From Bugula neritina (taxonomy: Eukaryota; Animalia; Bryozoa), in assembly GCA_964035545.1 (NCBI GenBank), contig OZ037773.1, positions 8,895,751 through 8,959,750 of the forward strand: a DNA stretch of 64,000 nucleotides, given 5' to 3'. Made by a program: the position numbers and the translations under genes. This document shows positions 1 through 14,600 of the stretch, piece by piece (position 1 is the first letter of the stretch; each line of letters starts with the position of its first letter). The notes under the pieces were generated by a model. It was not told where the DNA came from, made no database searches, and was given only the letters and a program-made list of their open reading frames with translations.

Positions 1-154
1 TAGAATACAGATTATTATTTTATTTTTCATGGAAAATAGAGAGGGCAACTTCTTGTAACAAATATGGAGACAGTACACAAATTATAAGTTATTTATTATT
101 TTCATGCAAGGGTAAAACTTGAATTTGCAAATTAATAAAGTATGCATGTTGTAG

Positions 155-303
155 GAAAGCAGAGGAAGATAGTAGGCAATACCCAAGACTTGCGCCACCT
201 TCTAAGGCAACCTGTTCCTGCTGGTATGTGTGTAGTGGAAGGACAACTCTGGGTAACACCTTTCTTCCGCGGACTAATAAAATTTAAAATTAAGCAACAA
301 TAA
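155..303 (+). CDS. Terminal coding exon of an upstream array paralog (copy 0); last beta-propeller blade; rest of gene lies before the window
   Basis: Acceptor tgtag| at 154, phase 1. Reads (G)KQRKIVGNTQDLRHLLRQPVPAGMCVVEGQLWVTPFFRGLIKFKIKQQ*. Same 149-nt length and GMCVVEGQLWV motif as exon 20959-21107; also matches 32075-32208. Confidence 0.85.
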
Positions 304-759
304 TTGTGTTCTGTTTGCAGTGTACATGTCTTGTGGAAACAAAATTGTGTATTAAGTGACTTCTATGTTACGTGTTGCAATTTACACTGTGTAGTTTAGT
401 TGACACTCTGCTGTATAGTACATTTTATACATGATTTATAGGTCATTAATGTGACAACAACAATTACCTTTCACAGTTATTTGCCTTTTTTGTATCGAGA
501 TTTTAGAGTTGTCTCCTTTTTCAACCTATTGATTCCTAATATGTTCAGTAACTTATATAGAAATATCACCTTAACTATGATAATAACAAACTCTCTAGAT
601 GTAGACTGTATGGGATGAACTTTTTTAAATGCATGAAGATGATTATACTATTCAGGTCAGAGTCTATAGTTCACATTATATCCCATGTGTGTCTCATAAA
701 TTAGTTGTATGCACTGTTTTGTAATCAAGGAATCAATTTGAATCTAGATTTATAGTAGC

Positions 760-1045
760 TAGTATTATTTAGTTGTAGTAGTATTATTTAGTTGTAGTAG
801 TATTATTTAGTTGTATAGTAGTATTATTTAGTTGTAGTAGTATTATTTAGTTGTAGTAGTATTATTTAGTTGTAGTAGTATTATTTAGCTGTAGTAGTAT
901 TATTTAGTTGTAGTAGTATTATTTAGTTGTAGTAGCATTATTTAGTTGTAGTAGTATTATTTAGTTGTAGTAGTATTATTTAGTTGTAGTAGTATTATTT
1001 AGTTGTAGTAGTATTATATTGTTGTAGTAGTATTATTTAGTTGCT
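760..1045. repeat. 19-bp minisatellite (tagtagtattatttagttg)n
   Basis: About 15 tandem units. A shorter array of the same unit sits at the paralogous site ~32658-32752. Confidence 0.95.
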
Positions 1046-1687
1046 AATAATAAAAATGATAAAATCCAAACAGTTGTGAAATCATCTAGCAATGTGCTAT
1101 ATTAATATAAAACTCATGCAAAGCTATAATTGATGAGAGAAGAAACAGCAAGTCTATAGTTGGACACAGAGATTGAGCTAACTGATTATTGCAAAAGTTA
1201 CCAGTGTTGAATACATAATTTTATATATATTTATAGTATATTGAATTGTCTTCCCCTTGACCTACATGTACCATGTACCTCTACATGTCAACAAAGTAGT
1301 AGTTCTCTTACTTCGATCAGCATACTAAAACATAGAGGCCATGCAGTGACTTCCTGTAAACTAGTAATAATAGTGATGACCCTGCAGGAGGAGAAAACAC
1401 CTCTGAATACAACTGATATATAATTTATATAGTCAGCACGTAGCTGGGAACTGGGACTAACATATTCAACAGTTATAAGCTCAGTTACACCCTTCTAGAA
1501 TATTCTATTCTTATATCACACTTATAGTTGACAGTCACTCTGTAAGGTGGAAATGTACTCATGTGTCTTATCTCGTTTATTTGTATTAACATAGCTACGG
1601 AGATGAAACTGGAAGATGACTACTAAACAGTGGGGAAGAACTGGGAAAAACCTAACATGCAGTCACGTGACCATATACTCTTGAGTA

Positions 1688-3017
1688 GGGGTAACGGGGG
1701 CACAACGGGCCGAATTTTGCATTTGTTGCTCTCATTCGTCTGTTTTTCAAGTTACTAGTTCAATAATTTCTGGTCTTAATGCTTCATCTGTTGTCTATTA
1801 CAGGTACCAGTTTGTTGTTTCTATCTCTTTCACAACTTTCAGAATAATGAAATTTTCATGACGAAAAAATTGGCCCATTGTGCCCCGGTACCGGGGTACA
1901 ATGGGCCACTGGGTAGGACACAACAAATATATTGAAATTTTGCGTATTTTGTTACATCTGATCTTTATTTATTTAATATTACAAATAAATAAAGATACTC
2001 TTTCAGATCTACAGCAAAATTCATGTTTTAGCTGTACAGTTTGTGCCACGACAGATAGCAGAGGAAGGCAAAATCAAACACACGTCACTAGGTTATGCAG
2101 TGCGATTATCATTACTGTTTAGAACTAAAAATGTTCTGTTATTTTCACTTCAGAGGAACGTTTATTAAAAAAACTTGTAGTAACAGTAGTAACATGTATT
2201 ACAAAATTCCGAGTGGACTTTTTTTTATGAACTGTAGCTAAGATGCATGCATGGCTGAGGTTTGTGACTGGAGTGCGGAAGGGAGAGGGGAGAGCAAATG
2301 AGCGAATCACAATTTATTTCAGTCAAATACATGTATATTCCCTCAATGGTGTAATATATAATGATTATCATGACTATATCTACTATAAGTAGCAACAGCA
2401 GAGTGTTTTGTATTATGTATAAAATGGCAAAGCTTTAACCTCACCAGATGTATATATTAGGGGAGCTTCAACTTGTAGTTTCGTAGTCTTACCATGATGA
2501 CTTTGATATTTTACAAAAAGGTCAGAAATGGCCATGTCTATAAATTTTAGTAACATTTCAACCAACTTTTTGGGCACACAAACTAATAACAGTGATCAGG
2601 GTGCATTAATCAGGTGGCCCATTGTGCCCCGGTCAGTGTGGCCCATTGTGCCCCGGATGGCTAAATTGAAAATAAATGTGCCTCAAGGAAAATTTATTTC
2701 AGTGTTTGCTGTTATACTTGTTAAGCAATGTAGAGACAAGCAATGGCAACCATATTAGTAAAATATAGGCTTCTTGCCTTTGAGTGTAAAAAATTATAAA
2801 GCTTTAACGACATCCTAAAAAATTTACAAAAAGTAGGTAAAAACAGTTTTTCACTCGCCTTTTTAACACATATGTTCCGCAAGTGTTGAAACTACAAACG
2901 CTGAATAATTATGTCAATATCTTTTTAAGAAAAAAAAATCACAACTCTAAGTCAATAAGTTCTCTCACAATTACGCCGGCTTTTTGTACCCCTATGACCG
3001 TTGTGCCCCGTTACCCC
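1688..3017. mobile_element. Non-autonomous DNA transposon with TA target duplication (Tc1/mariner-pogo type)
   Basis: TA|GGGGTAACGGGGGCACAACGG ... CCGTTGTGCCCCGTTACCCC|TA; internal repeats ggcccattgtgccccgg; no transposase ORF; second copy at 16141-18807. Confidence 0.9.
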
Positions 3018-4218
3018 TATTATCATTTATACTGTAGCAAGAAAGCAACTGCCTGATTTAAGCTAATCTCTAATAGGCTCTTTTATTAGGAGAAAATATC
3101 TTAGGCACCCAGCTGAAATGCACATATAAACCTTACAGAATTTAGTGAATTTCGTATATTATTGATTGGAATCTTACTCATTGTCAGATCACCACTTATT
3201 TTCACTACATACTAACTCAATGTCTTATTAACAATGTTTATCATAAGTATACTATTTCGTTTTATCAGCCAATTGAACAGTTGAACAGATATGATCTTCA
3301 ATTTTTTTTCCACAGGTTGTAAAAGCACATAATTATGTTAGGAAAAATATCAGAAGTATACAATGCTTACTTTCAACCCCTATTATAGCTTTAGATCAAA
3401 CTTTTTTTAGTTTTCCTTTAATGACTTTCAGAATGGCAGCTTGCAGCTAGCTAGAGAATTTCTTTTTAATTTACTTAAATGAAAGCATTTCAAAAAGCTG
3501 TGAAGTTCACATGATAATATATGAATTATCTAGCAAATTTATAGATTACGAATTTCATAAGAATCAGTCAGTATGTATATCTGTAATGTGGGAATATAAA
3601 AAACCTGTCAATTCACTACATACTTCTACTTGCATGTTTAGTATGTAATACATTGACATACAGAGTCACAGCTAAAAATAGGAGTTATCAGTACACCAAC
3701 ATAATACTTGGTGGAAAAGAAATTTGTTGTGAGTTCTATGAATTTGTTTGCTTAAACTTGAGCAAAAGTTGCTCATTAAATATATATTATTATTTCAGTT
3801 ACAAATGTGTCAAAATGGTAGCATATATTTAATGAATATATAGGTAAATACAATATAATATAGTTATAATTTTTAGGTTTGTATGTGGGTATTTTTGTAT
3901 GATCCAATTGGCGCATTGTAGACAGTTACGTAAACTCCAAATGATTATAGCGTGAGAATAATAATAATATGATAATGTGTATCGTTTATACAAGATACAA
4001 TAATAAGAAAACTTTACATCAGTCAGAAAGCTAATGCAATTGTTTACACAAGTGTTTACTGTTAGCCCAGCTAGTCCTTTCTGACACCTGAGAATATTTT
4101 CCCTCGTTACCGTAGGCTAGCCTTCATCCCGTTTGGAGAATTGAGGAGCAGTCGCACATCATCAGCCACGTGGTCGCTGTATGACAAACGGGGCAATATA
4201 GGAAAACGCTATGACTAG

Positions 4219-4435
<217 letters not shown>

Positions 4436-4442
<7 letters not shown>

Positions 4443-4636
4443 GAAATAAAATGAGATTTGATTAATATAATGGCATTTATTACTAGTAGTTTCGTACACA
4501 AGAACGATGTGCACTCGTCAGATAAATTAGCCACATAGTGGCTAATTTATCTGACGAGTGCACATCGTTCTTGTGTACGAAACTACTAGTAATAAATGCC
4601 ATTATATTAATCAAATCTCATTTTATTTCTTCTAAT
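4436..4636. repeat. Perfect palindrome, 99-bp arms with a 3-nt loop (probable foldback/MITE remnant)
   Basis: 4436-4534 is the reverse complement of 4538-4636; loop ATA. Confidence 0.9.
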
Positions 4637-4705
4637 GTTTACGCTCTAGATTTATTTCTATAGAGCACTCTAGTAACGTTTTATAAACACTCATTTTACT
4701 ATATA

Positions 4706-7263
4706 CACAGTTAGTTTAAGGTCATTACTTTCCACATTCAGGCACTGCTTTATGTTATATATAAACGGTTTCCAGGGGATAGCTCGAACAGTTTTTGTCT
4801 CACATTAACAAATTTTACATGAAAAGATAGCTCTTGCATTCCTCTTTCATATACTTTTTTAATTTTTCAATAAAAAATTTTCTGAGAAAGTTGTTGCATA
4901 ATAAGTAAAATTTTACACCCTCCATGTTCCACTGCTGTAGCACAGGGGATTCATTTTATAAAGTCTAAAAGTTAAACTTGACATTCCTTAATATGTTTTC
5001 TCTAATATACTTTCTTTGTTTTTTGAAATTCTGTTTATGCTCTTCACAATTTGGTAAAAACATACACCATTTTGCAAGTTTCACTGCAATTATCTAAATT
5101 CTTCATATGGTGGTTCTAGCTACGCTCCTGTGACTAATTATAACATTCCTAGTACGTTTGCCGCTCTGCGCTATCACAATAACATATAGTACCCTCTCGC
5201 ACAAATTGGCAATCTATTGGATTTCTGCCAATATAATGTTCCCTGTTTTACATTAGCACTTAGCTGAATCATCTCACTATGTTACAATCTATTGACAATG
5301 CCTCAGCACAACATAATTCTTTGTTTGTTTGGCAGAGTTAATTTCAGCTAAATCACTTCACTTTGCAGTCTTGTCAGTAAAGGTCTGTCTATAGTGCAGC
5401 AGTTGTACTTCCAGTTTCTCTAATTCACATATGATTATTTTAAGTACATTGTATTCTATAAGATCAATTTAAAGTTTAGCCCAGTGTTCAGTAGCTAAGT
5501 ATTATGCATGTATGTTGTCTTACTGTTGAACAAAAGTTAAAAAAAACTTTACAATTATAGCCATATTTATTATACATGCGTAGGATTTGCATAAATTGAC
5601 AAAAAAAAATGCAGCATAATAGGATTGAACCATGACCAACCAGCTTCTCGCTGACGCCTTTAACCTCTGGACCACGCAGTCATCGTTAAAAAATTGCCAA
5701 CTATATGAGTAACTATGAGTACATAAATATTTTGCGCGCAAATGGGTTATAATTATTAGGCTGTCAATTCATGTTGATAGCAGTCAACTGTTGCAATAGT
5801 CTCGGGTTACTAGCAAAGCTAATGGTTTTGAACAAATAACCCAAAAGTTTAAAAATAAGTAGCTTGCGTATTACTAGCTACAAAAACAGGTCTGAAATAG
5901 ACTGGTAAAGCAAGCTCTTATTGTAGAGTTTGCAGATGTGCTCTAAAATAAAACTTAAACTGTATGCTATTACATAAGTATTTGTATGCGAGAGATATAA
6001 ATGGACATTACTGAGTTTCTGGAAAACAACATACTTGAAGTTAACTTTGACAATGGTGTTTTCTTTTCATCATAGCTAGCCTATAGCATAAATCTCTAAT
6101 CATATGAATCTTTATGAAGCCCACAGCTCATGTAAGGGTGGCAATGTAATTTGAAACGAACAATTATGTTGCTGCATTGTGTCTAAGGTATATTAGAGAG
6201 CAGAATTTGGTTTTACTAGCCTACCCCAACGGCATTCTACAATGCAGCTTATATGCTGGCAGTTGTAATAAGTACAGCCGATAGCAAGGTTACTATCACT
6301 GCTAGCTCTGTGCAGTATGTAACCTCTTGAATAATTGCGCCAATTTTAAACTCTTGGAAGTTGGCCAAGTTATCATATCGCAGCCAGCCACCGGAGACAA
6401 AGCATCAGAGCTATTCATATAATATTATACTGATGCACTTGGTAGCAGAGTGGCTAATCTAATATAGTTCATAGTTCAACACCCTTTACTTTGGGAATAC
6501 AGCCTCTTTTTTTAGGTTTACCTTACAAAGCATGAACATATCTAAACTGATATTCTGATAATTTAGAGGTACATTTTGAAAACTAGGTTAATTGCACTTG
6601 TTTGCACAACAACAATAATAAAATAGATATTATGCAGTATAATAAAAACACACATAATACTATATAATATATTATAATGATAATAATATAATATTATAAG
6701 TACCATTACTGCATTTTATAAATCACATGGTTGCCAAAAAAATGTATCACAAATTTTGTAATTATACATCAAAAATAGAACTATAGCTAGGCAGCAGGTT
6801 AGAATAGAGTAAATTTTTAAAACATGAAATCATGATTTGACTATTGTTTTATTTAGGCCAACCAACCTAGGAATACAAGATTGGGTTTTAGCTGACAGTT
6901 TATAACATTTAGCTTTTGAGCCAGCAGCACTGGCACTTGTGAAGTATAGGCAAAGTTAGTGAAGCGAGACTAACAAGCACTCAAATACAAGGCATATTGA
7001 GACACAATAACAAGTCAGGAGCGTATAAATTGAAAAGAATGTGGAAGGGGGACTATGTTTTTCAACAAGCTATAACTTAAACATGAATTGGCTTTTGAAA
7101 AAAATAAAAAAGTATATTGGAGAACATAAGTTTCTTTATCTTTTCATATTTTTTTTGTTCCTGTGACATTCAACCTGTTCGAGCTATCAGTGGAACATTG
7201 TTCATATAGAACATAAAGCACCTGGCAAAGAGCCAGAAAATGAAAAGTGTGACCTTAAACTAA

Positions 7264-7268
<5 letters not shown>
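4706..7268. mobile_element. ~2.56-kb non-autonomous DNA transposon with CACAG...CTGTG termini (CMC/EnSpm-like), flanked by TA
   Basis: TIR cacagttagtttaaggtca / tgaccttaaactaactgtg. Near-identical inverted copy at 12543-15118. Absent from the paralogous site near 23490. Confidence 0.9.
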
Positions 7269-7341
<73 letters not shown>

Positions 7342-8650
7342 TCACCTCGAAGTTCCATGACCCATTACAATATAGGTAAATTAAAATAGCTGCTATAATA
7401 TAATACTACAAGTACAATGCAGTGTAAGTGGTTATTATTTAATAGACAAAGGTATTTAATATAGACTAATATTTATGTGTGGACCTGCAGTAGATGAGAA
7501 ATACAAGATGACTTGTAAGTCTGTACAGGATGTGATGTCACAGAGCAACAGGTATATTATGGTAAATCTTGCGTTACTTTCTCAATACTTTGGAGTTGTC
7601 TTCACACACAGTGTGAAATAAAATACGATTTAAATGAGTCTACATAGTATAATCCTGTGTAATAGTTAATTTTTACAAACATATCGGATTAAAAAGTAAA
7701 TGAATTTTTTCTGAATGAGTGGTTTTTATTCATGTCACAGCCTTTACTTGTCTTATTGTTTGGCGTCTAAGAACACAGCTTCTTGAAGCAATTAATTCAG
7801 TCTAATGAATGAGAATAGTCTGTTGGCAGATTATAGAGGCGTAGAACCAAAGACATTATGGTACTAAGGCTAATCATAACTATACTTAGATTTAACTATT
7901 TGAATATAATTATTATACTAAACAAAGCACTACTTAGCCTGAGAATATGAAGGTACTGAAGCTATAATGTTGATGAATGAGTTGGTTTTGATTTCTAAAG
8001 CTGCGAGCAAATGAATCAAAAATGCTTAATTTACTGGTCAACAACTGTGCTGTTATTCTGAAATGAGAATGTATATAAATTGTTTTCTTAACATTCAATA
8101 TAAGGTTTTGCTGAGCTGCTCAGTCTATGCAATCACAATTATCAAAACATTGTTATGGGTTTATTTAAAAAAGTCTACCAATACACTAATTACAGGCTTG
8201 ATTGGCTTTTGCTTTTAAAATTTTAGACTTGAGGCGAAAGAAAACAAAAGTGAAGCTTAGCATGAGAAATCTTATACAAACATTAGTATGACAAAAGCTT
8301 AAGTTTAGTTTTTGTAAGGGTTTTTCAGAAGTTTTGATTAGCTATTGTAGACTAAATTATTGTTTTAATTATGTTGGGTGCAACTTGTTGAAAGTAACTG
8401 TGAAGGGTAATGACAAAAGCAGTAAGCAGTCAATTGTTGTATAGGCATTACAATTTGAGTATAAAGAACAAATCGATGAGAGGGAGAGTCTATATTATAG
8501 CAGCTAGTAGCTGCATGAGTGCTATTTAGTATTCAATATCTGATTGTTGAATAGGCTTCAAACGTGTATATAAGTTTCTAAGAATCCTCGAATACGTCTG
8601 GCAGATGAGTGTATTTTAATTATTCTTTACATATTATATACATTGTGGCA

Positions 8651-11600
8651 ATGGAACAAGCAGTATCAGAAAGCTCTGGATCTGTGGACTTTAAAGGATG
8701 TAGTGACATACCACTCTGTGTTCTGGTTACAAGTAGAACTACTACTCTGCTTAAACGTGGCATAGCAACTCTTCTAGTGAGAAACACTCAATTTGATGCA
8801 GCAGACCTGTTTCACAATATTGTGAAGTTTCACTCTGATGGTTTGTCTGTAGCTGTTTTAAAAGAGATCAACATTATTGCTACTGTTTTGTCAAAGTTGC
8901 ATCACCCTAACCTTGTGGATATCCAAGGAATTCGTCTTGACATCTCATGGGATCATAAAAATAGAGTCCTCCAAAATGTGCCAAGTTCTTCAAAAATCCA
9001 GCTAAAGAACATTGAAGACAATCTAATACAAGAGATAAGCTCTGGTATCCAACTTCTGGAAGATGACATCATCAAATCTTCCCCAACTGTAGACACCCTG
9101 ACATTTGTAGAAGAAGCTATGACGAAACTCCAGTCCCCCACACCAGCTGAACAGAGAGAAGCCATAGAAGGTCTGGTGGCAGGACTAGTGGCTGGTGTCC
9201 TTGATAAATCTCCTCTCAGTCTGACACGTCTGAGAGACATGTTCCAGGGTGAATTTCCAGAAACTGTAAATGAGTGTCTTCAATATATAGACAGTAGTCA
9301 CTCTCAAATATTGGATAATGGTGGAAAGCTTGAAGGAGATCATGAAATACAAGAACTTCTGGCTCAATACAAGAGATGTGTGAAATTCTTTGTTGGTGAT
9401 TTAAGATGTCTTCCATTCAAATCATCAGATATTGTAAGTTCTTCCTATTAGAAGTCTACAACATAAATAAATGAGACAAAATCATAATAGTATTTGCAAA
9501 GCTTATAAAGAGTTTGCTATTATTTAACTATTTACAAGCTTGCAATAATTTTTAATATTGCAAGCACCTAAAAAGATTATTTCTATAAGCAAGCACTAAA
9601 AGTTTTACACCTATAGCTACCATCTTTGAAAATAAGTATAATCATACAAATGACCTTGATTTTGAAATTAAAATTTCTCATCAGTCTACTTGTTGTTTAG
9701 ATGTTTGAACTGTTTGACAAACTTTTCCTCAATGCTGAAAGCTGTAATGCCATATTGTAAAACTCCGACCAATTCTTTATCATTGTATAATTTTACAGAT
9801 CACCAAAGATCTGGTGGAGATGAGGCCAACTGCTGAAGAGTTGACACTCATTATTACAGGATATGATTGGTGAGTGACTCAATATGTACACCAGTTTAAC
9901 TACCTTCTGTTCTCTTACTTTGCAGAGTAGATAAACATATTGGCTCCTACTGTAATGTACACTAAAATATAATATTCTCCTCTGTCAGGGTGATTTCAAG
10001 AAGAAAGAGCTCTGATAACACAGACACAGATAGAATCAACTTGCTGGCAAAGTAAAATACTATATATTTATATCCTAGTGTTCATTGTGGTGTTAGCTAA
10101 CTTTATATATTTTGCCAGTTTCAAATAGTCCAAAGCTTTATACAGACTATACAAAGTAATATGGTGATTACCAGGATGTTTATATGTTTCCAGAGAACAG
10201 CATTCTATCTGGAGACAAGCCAACCACCATCTGGCTGGTTTATTAGATGGTAAGGAGTCTGGTGCCTTAGATGAGACTCCTGGAGACACTGAAGAGCTGC
10301 AAGAGAAGGTAACTCTATAAGTAAATCATAACTATTAGCCTAGGGCCACACGGTGCGTATTTTCGCATGCAAAAATTGAAATCACGAGCAAAGGTGTCCA
10401 CTGTGCGCGTTGAGAAAACGATCGCACTTGTTGCTCTGCATTCTCAACGCAAGTGCGAATCGTCTCTGTCGTCGTCACCTAATTGGCTGGTATAGTTATT
10501 CAGCGAGCCCAATTTTTTTATTTTAGTGCTACATTCCAGTAAATTGCGTTTTATTAAAAGCGAGTGCAATTTAAAAATGAAAGCTTTATTTATCACGCAT
10601 CACTGACGCTACAGTGGACACCTTTGCTACTTGTGATTTCAATTTTCCCATGTGAAAATACGCACCGTGTGGCCCTAGGCTTAGTTTATAATCTTGATGC
10701 TGATAATCAATACTCTATAACACATGTCATTAACCATGCTAGGGATTTTTTGATAAGCTTTGAAATGCTTTCAACTCAAACCAAATACAGTTTATGAACA
10801 TGGATAATGTATATATGTTACTGGAATGAGTTATAAAACTAACTGTAGCCATTGTATGAAATAGCATGCCATTAAAGCAATCTTTGAGGCCAAAATGAAT
10901 TTTATTTTATATTTTTATAGAATACTGATTTGACTACACAAGAAGTAAACAGTCCTGCACAAACCTCTTCTCAAAGTAAGTACAATAAACTTGTGCTCCA
11001 GTCATTTTTCCCGAATTATGATTAAGTATCAGTACTGATACCAGAATGCTGTTTGTAACAGTGTATTGGGTCTTCTATGAGTTTATTTCATTACGGTCTT
11101 TTATTAGCAATTGCTCTTTACTAATGAGATATTTTATTGTACATATTCTGACTAATACTAACAAAATAGTAATTGCTAGTATACGACAGTTTCATTTTAG
11201 ACAATATGCATTACACCTAGACAAAACTACTCAAATTATGATTATTTTGATGCATCTATAAGACCTACAGATTAATTTCCCCTTAAATTATTTTTTTTAT
11301 TATGAGCAGGAGGAATAAATTTCTTCATTACAGAAAAATTAGTTCACTTATAAAAGGCATATTTTCATTATTAGCCTTTTATTTCAGCTACACCCACTTC
11401 AAAGCATCTGGGTGGCCTTCAAACAGTTCCTTCAGATGTCCCACTGTGTGTTTTGATTGTGAACAGAATTAGAACATTGTTGGTGAAAGCATTAGCCTTT
11501 CAGTTGGTTAGAAAATCAGAATACAACATGGCCGACCTTATTGATGGACTTTCTTCAGTACTTCCTGCCGATTATGGTAAAACCAGCATCAAAGAGCTCA

Positions 11601-14600
11601 ACATCATTGCTAAAATCATATCAAAGATTCAACCTAGAGAAGCAGTAGAAGGTCAGAAAACTCCCGGCATCATTAAATGGGACAACAAATACAACAGATT
11701 GAAAAACGTTCCAACAGGGTTGAGAGTTCAACTGGCAAGTCTTCCATCTTGGTCACTAAAAGTCCCTTGCTTGAACATCTCTTTATTAGAAAAAGACATC
11801 ATCAAATCTTCTCCAACAGTAGAGACATTGACACTTGTCGAAGAAGCTATGAAGAAACTGGAGTCTCCCACACCAGCTAAACAGATAGAAGCCATAGAAG
11901 GTCTGGTGGCAGGACTAGTGGCTGGTGTCCTTGATAAATCTCGACTCAGCTTGACACATCTGATAGACATGTTCCAGGGTGAATTTCCATCATATGTCAT
12001 AAACCTCCTCAAAACTATCAACAATAACCAAGTCCAGATAATGGATAGTGGCAAGAAGATTGAAAATATGGAGTTGAGAGAAGACCTTATCACTGCATTC
12101 AATGATTGTGTGACTTTTCTTATAAAAGACTTCAAGTGTCTCCCAGTCACAGCACCAGAAGAGGTTAGTATGTTAACATAGCATGTTTTGTTTGCTGCTT
12201 TTAATAGTCATGAAAAGTGGTAGATTTTAGAAAGACAATACAGATATTTAAAGTAGCTATTATAATTTTTATTTACATCTCCAAAATTTTATTTTGTGGC
12301 TATAGATACTGTAAACTTCAATCACAGTCGCTATCTCCCTGATAATCCCTGATTGAAAGTTGTTTTCAAGGTGTTGAAAACTTTTTTCTATTGTGGCTAA
12401 TGCCTTTTCTAACATATAACATTTGCTGAGATTAAACTCATTGACATTCACTTATAAGCCAGTGCTCTAACTACTAGACTACTGCTGCTCTTGTGAGCAG
12501 TGTGGAGCCACCATAACTTCTTGGTTTGTAAACAGAATGCTACACAGTTGGTTTAAGGTCATACTTTTCATTTTCTGGCTCTTTGCCAGGTGCTTTATGT
12601 TCTATATGAACAATGTTCCACTGATAGCTCGAACAGGTTGAATGTCACAGGAACAAAAAAATATGAAAAAATAAAGAAACTTATGTTCTCCAATATACTT
12701 TTTTATTTTTTTCAAAAGCCAATTCATGTTTAAGTTATAGCTTGTTGAAAAACATAGTCCCCCTTCCACATTCTTTTCAATTTATACGCTCCTGACTTGT
12801 TATTGTGTCTCAATATGCCTTGTATTTGAGTGCTTGTTAGTCTCGCTTCACTAACTTTGCCTATACTTCACAAGTGCCAGTGCTGCTGGCTCAAAAGCTA
12901 AATGTTATAAACTGTCAGCTAAAACCCAATCTTGTATTCCTAGGTTGGTTGGCCTAAATAAAACAATAGTCAAATCATGATTTCATGTTTTAAAAATTTA
13001 CTCTATTCTAACCTGCTGCCTAGCTAGTTCTATTTTTGATGTATAATTACAAAATTTGTGATACATTTTTTTGGCAACCATGTAATTTATAAAATGCAGT
13101 AATGGTACTTATAATATTATATTATTATCATTATAATATATTATATAGTATTATGTGTGTTTTTATTATCCTGCATAATATCTAATTTATTATTGTTGTT
13201 GTGCAAACAAGTGCAATTAACCTAGTTTTCAAAATGTACCTCTAAATTATCAGAATATCAGTTTAGATATGTTCATGCTTTGTAAGGTAAACCTAAAAAA
13301 AGAGGCTGTATTCCCAAAGTAAAGGGTGTTGAACTATGAACTATATTAGATTAGCCACTCTGCTACCAAGTGCATCAGTATAATATTATATGAATAGCTC
13401 TGATGCTTTGTCTCCGGTGGCTGGCTGCGATATGATAACTTGGCCAACTTCCACGAGTTTAAAATTGGCGCAATTATTCAAGAGGTTACATACTGCACAG
13501 AGCTAGCAGTGATAGTAACCTTGCTATTGGCAGTACTTATTACAACTGCCAGCATATAAGCTGCATTGTAGAATGCCGTTGGGGCAGGCTAGTAAAACCA
13601 AATTCTGCTCTCTAATATACCTTAGACAAAATGCAGCAACATAATTTTTAGTTTCAAATTACATTTGCCACCCTTACATGAGCTGTGGGCTTCATAAAGA
13701 TTCATATGATTAGAGATTTATGCTATAGGCCCTATCTGTGCTAGTGTATGATGAAAATAACACACCATTGTCAAAGTTAACTTCAAGTATGTTGTTTTCC
13801 AGAAACTCAGTAATGTCCATTTATCTCTCGCATACAAATACTTATGTAATAGCATACAGTTTAAGTTTTATTTTAGAGCACATCTGCAAACTCTACAATA
13901 AGAGCTTGCTTTACCAGTCTATTTCAGACCTGTTTTTGTAGCTAGTAATACGCAAGCTACTTATTTTTAAACTTTTGGGTTATTTGTTCAAAACCATTAG
14001 CTTTGCTAGTAACCCGAGACTATTGCAACAGTTGACTGCTATCAACATGAATTGACAGCCTAATAATTATAACCCTTTTGCGGCGCGAAATATTTATGTA
14101 ATGATAGTTACTCATATAGTGCGCATTTTATTAACGATGACTGCGTGGTCTAGAGGTTAGAGGCGTCAGCGAGGAGTTAGTTGGTTATGGTTCACCCCTG
14201 TTTTGTCGCAATTTTTTTTGTCAACTTATGCAAATCCTACGCATGTATAATAAATATGGCTATAATTGTAAAGTTTTTTTTTAACTTTTGTTCAACAGTA
14301 AGACAACATACATGCATAATAATTAGATACTGAACACTGGACTAAACCTGAAATTGATCTTATAGAATACAATGTACTTAAAATAATCATATGTTAATTA
14401 GAGAAACTGAAAGTTCACCTGCTGCTCTATAGACAGACCTTTACTGACAAGACTGCAAAGTGAAGTGATTTAGCTGAAATTAACTCTGCCAAACAAACAA
14501 AGAATTATGTTGTGCTGAGGCATTTTCAATATATTATTGTAACATAGTGAGATGATTCAGCTAAGTGCTAATGTAAAACAGGGAACATTATATTGGCAGA

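Noticed and set aside
1880-2122. Similar 80-aa ORFs at 1880 and 16333
   Set aside because: Both lie within copies of the same non-autonomous element, start at non-ATG codons and have no transposase motifs.
8860-8930. KEINIIATVLSKLHHPNLVDIQG resembles the protein kinase alphaC-beta4 motif (HPNIV)
   Set aside because: No Gly-loop, VAIK, HRD or DFG; spacing is off; motif not kept in the other modules.
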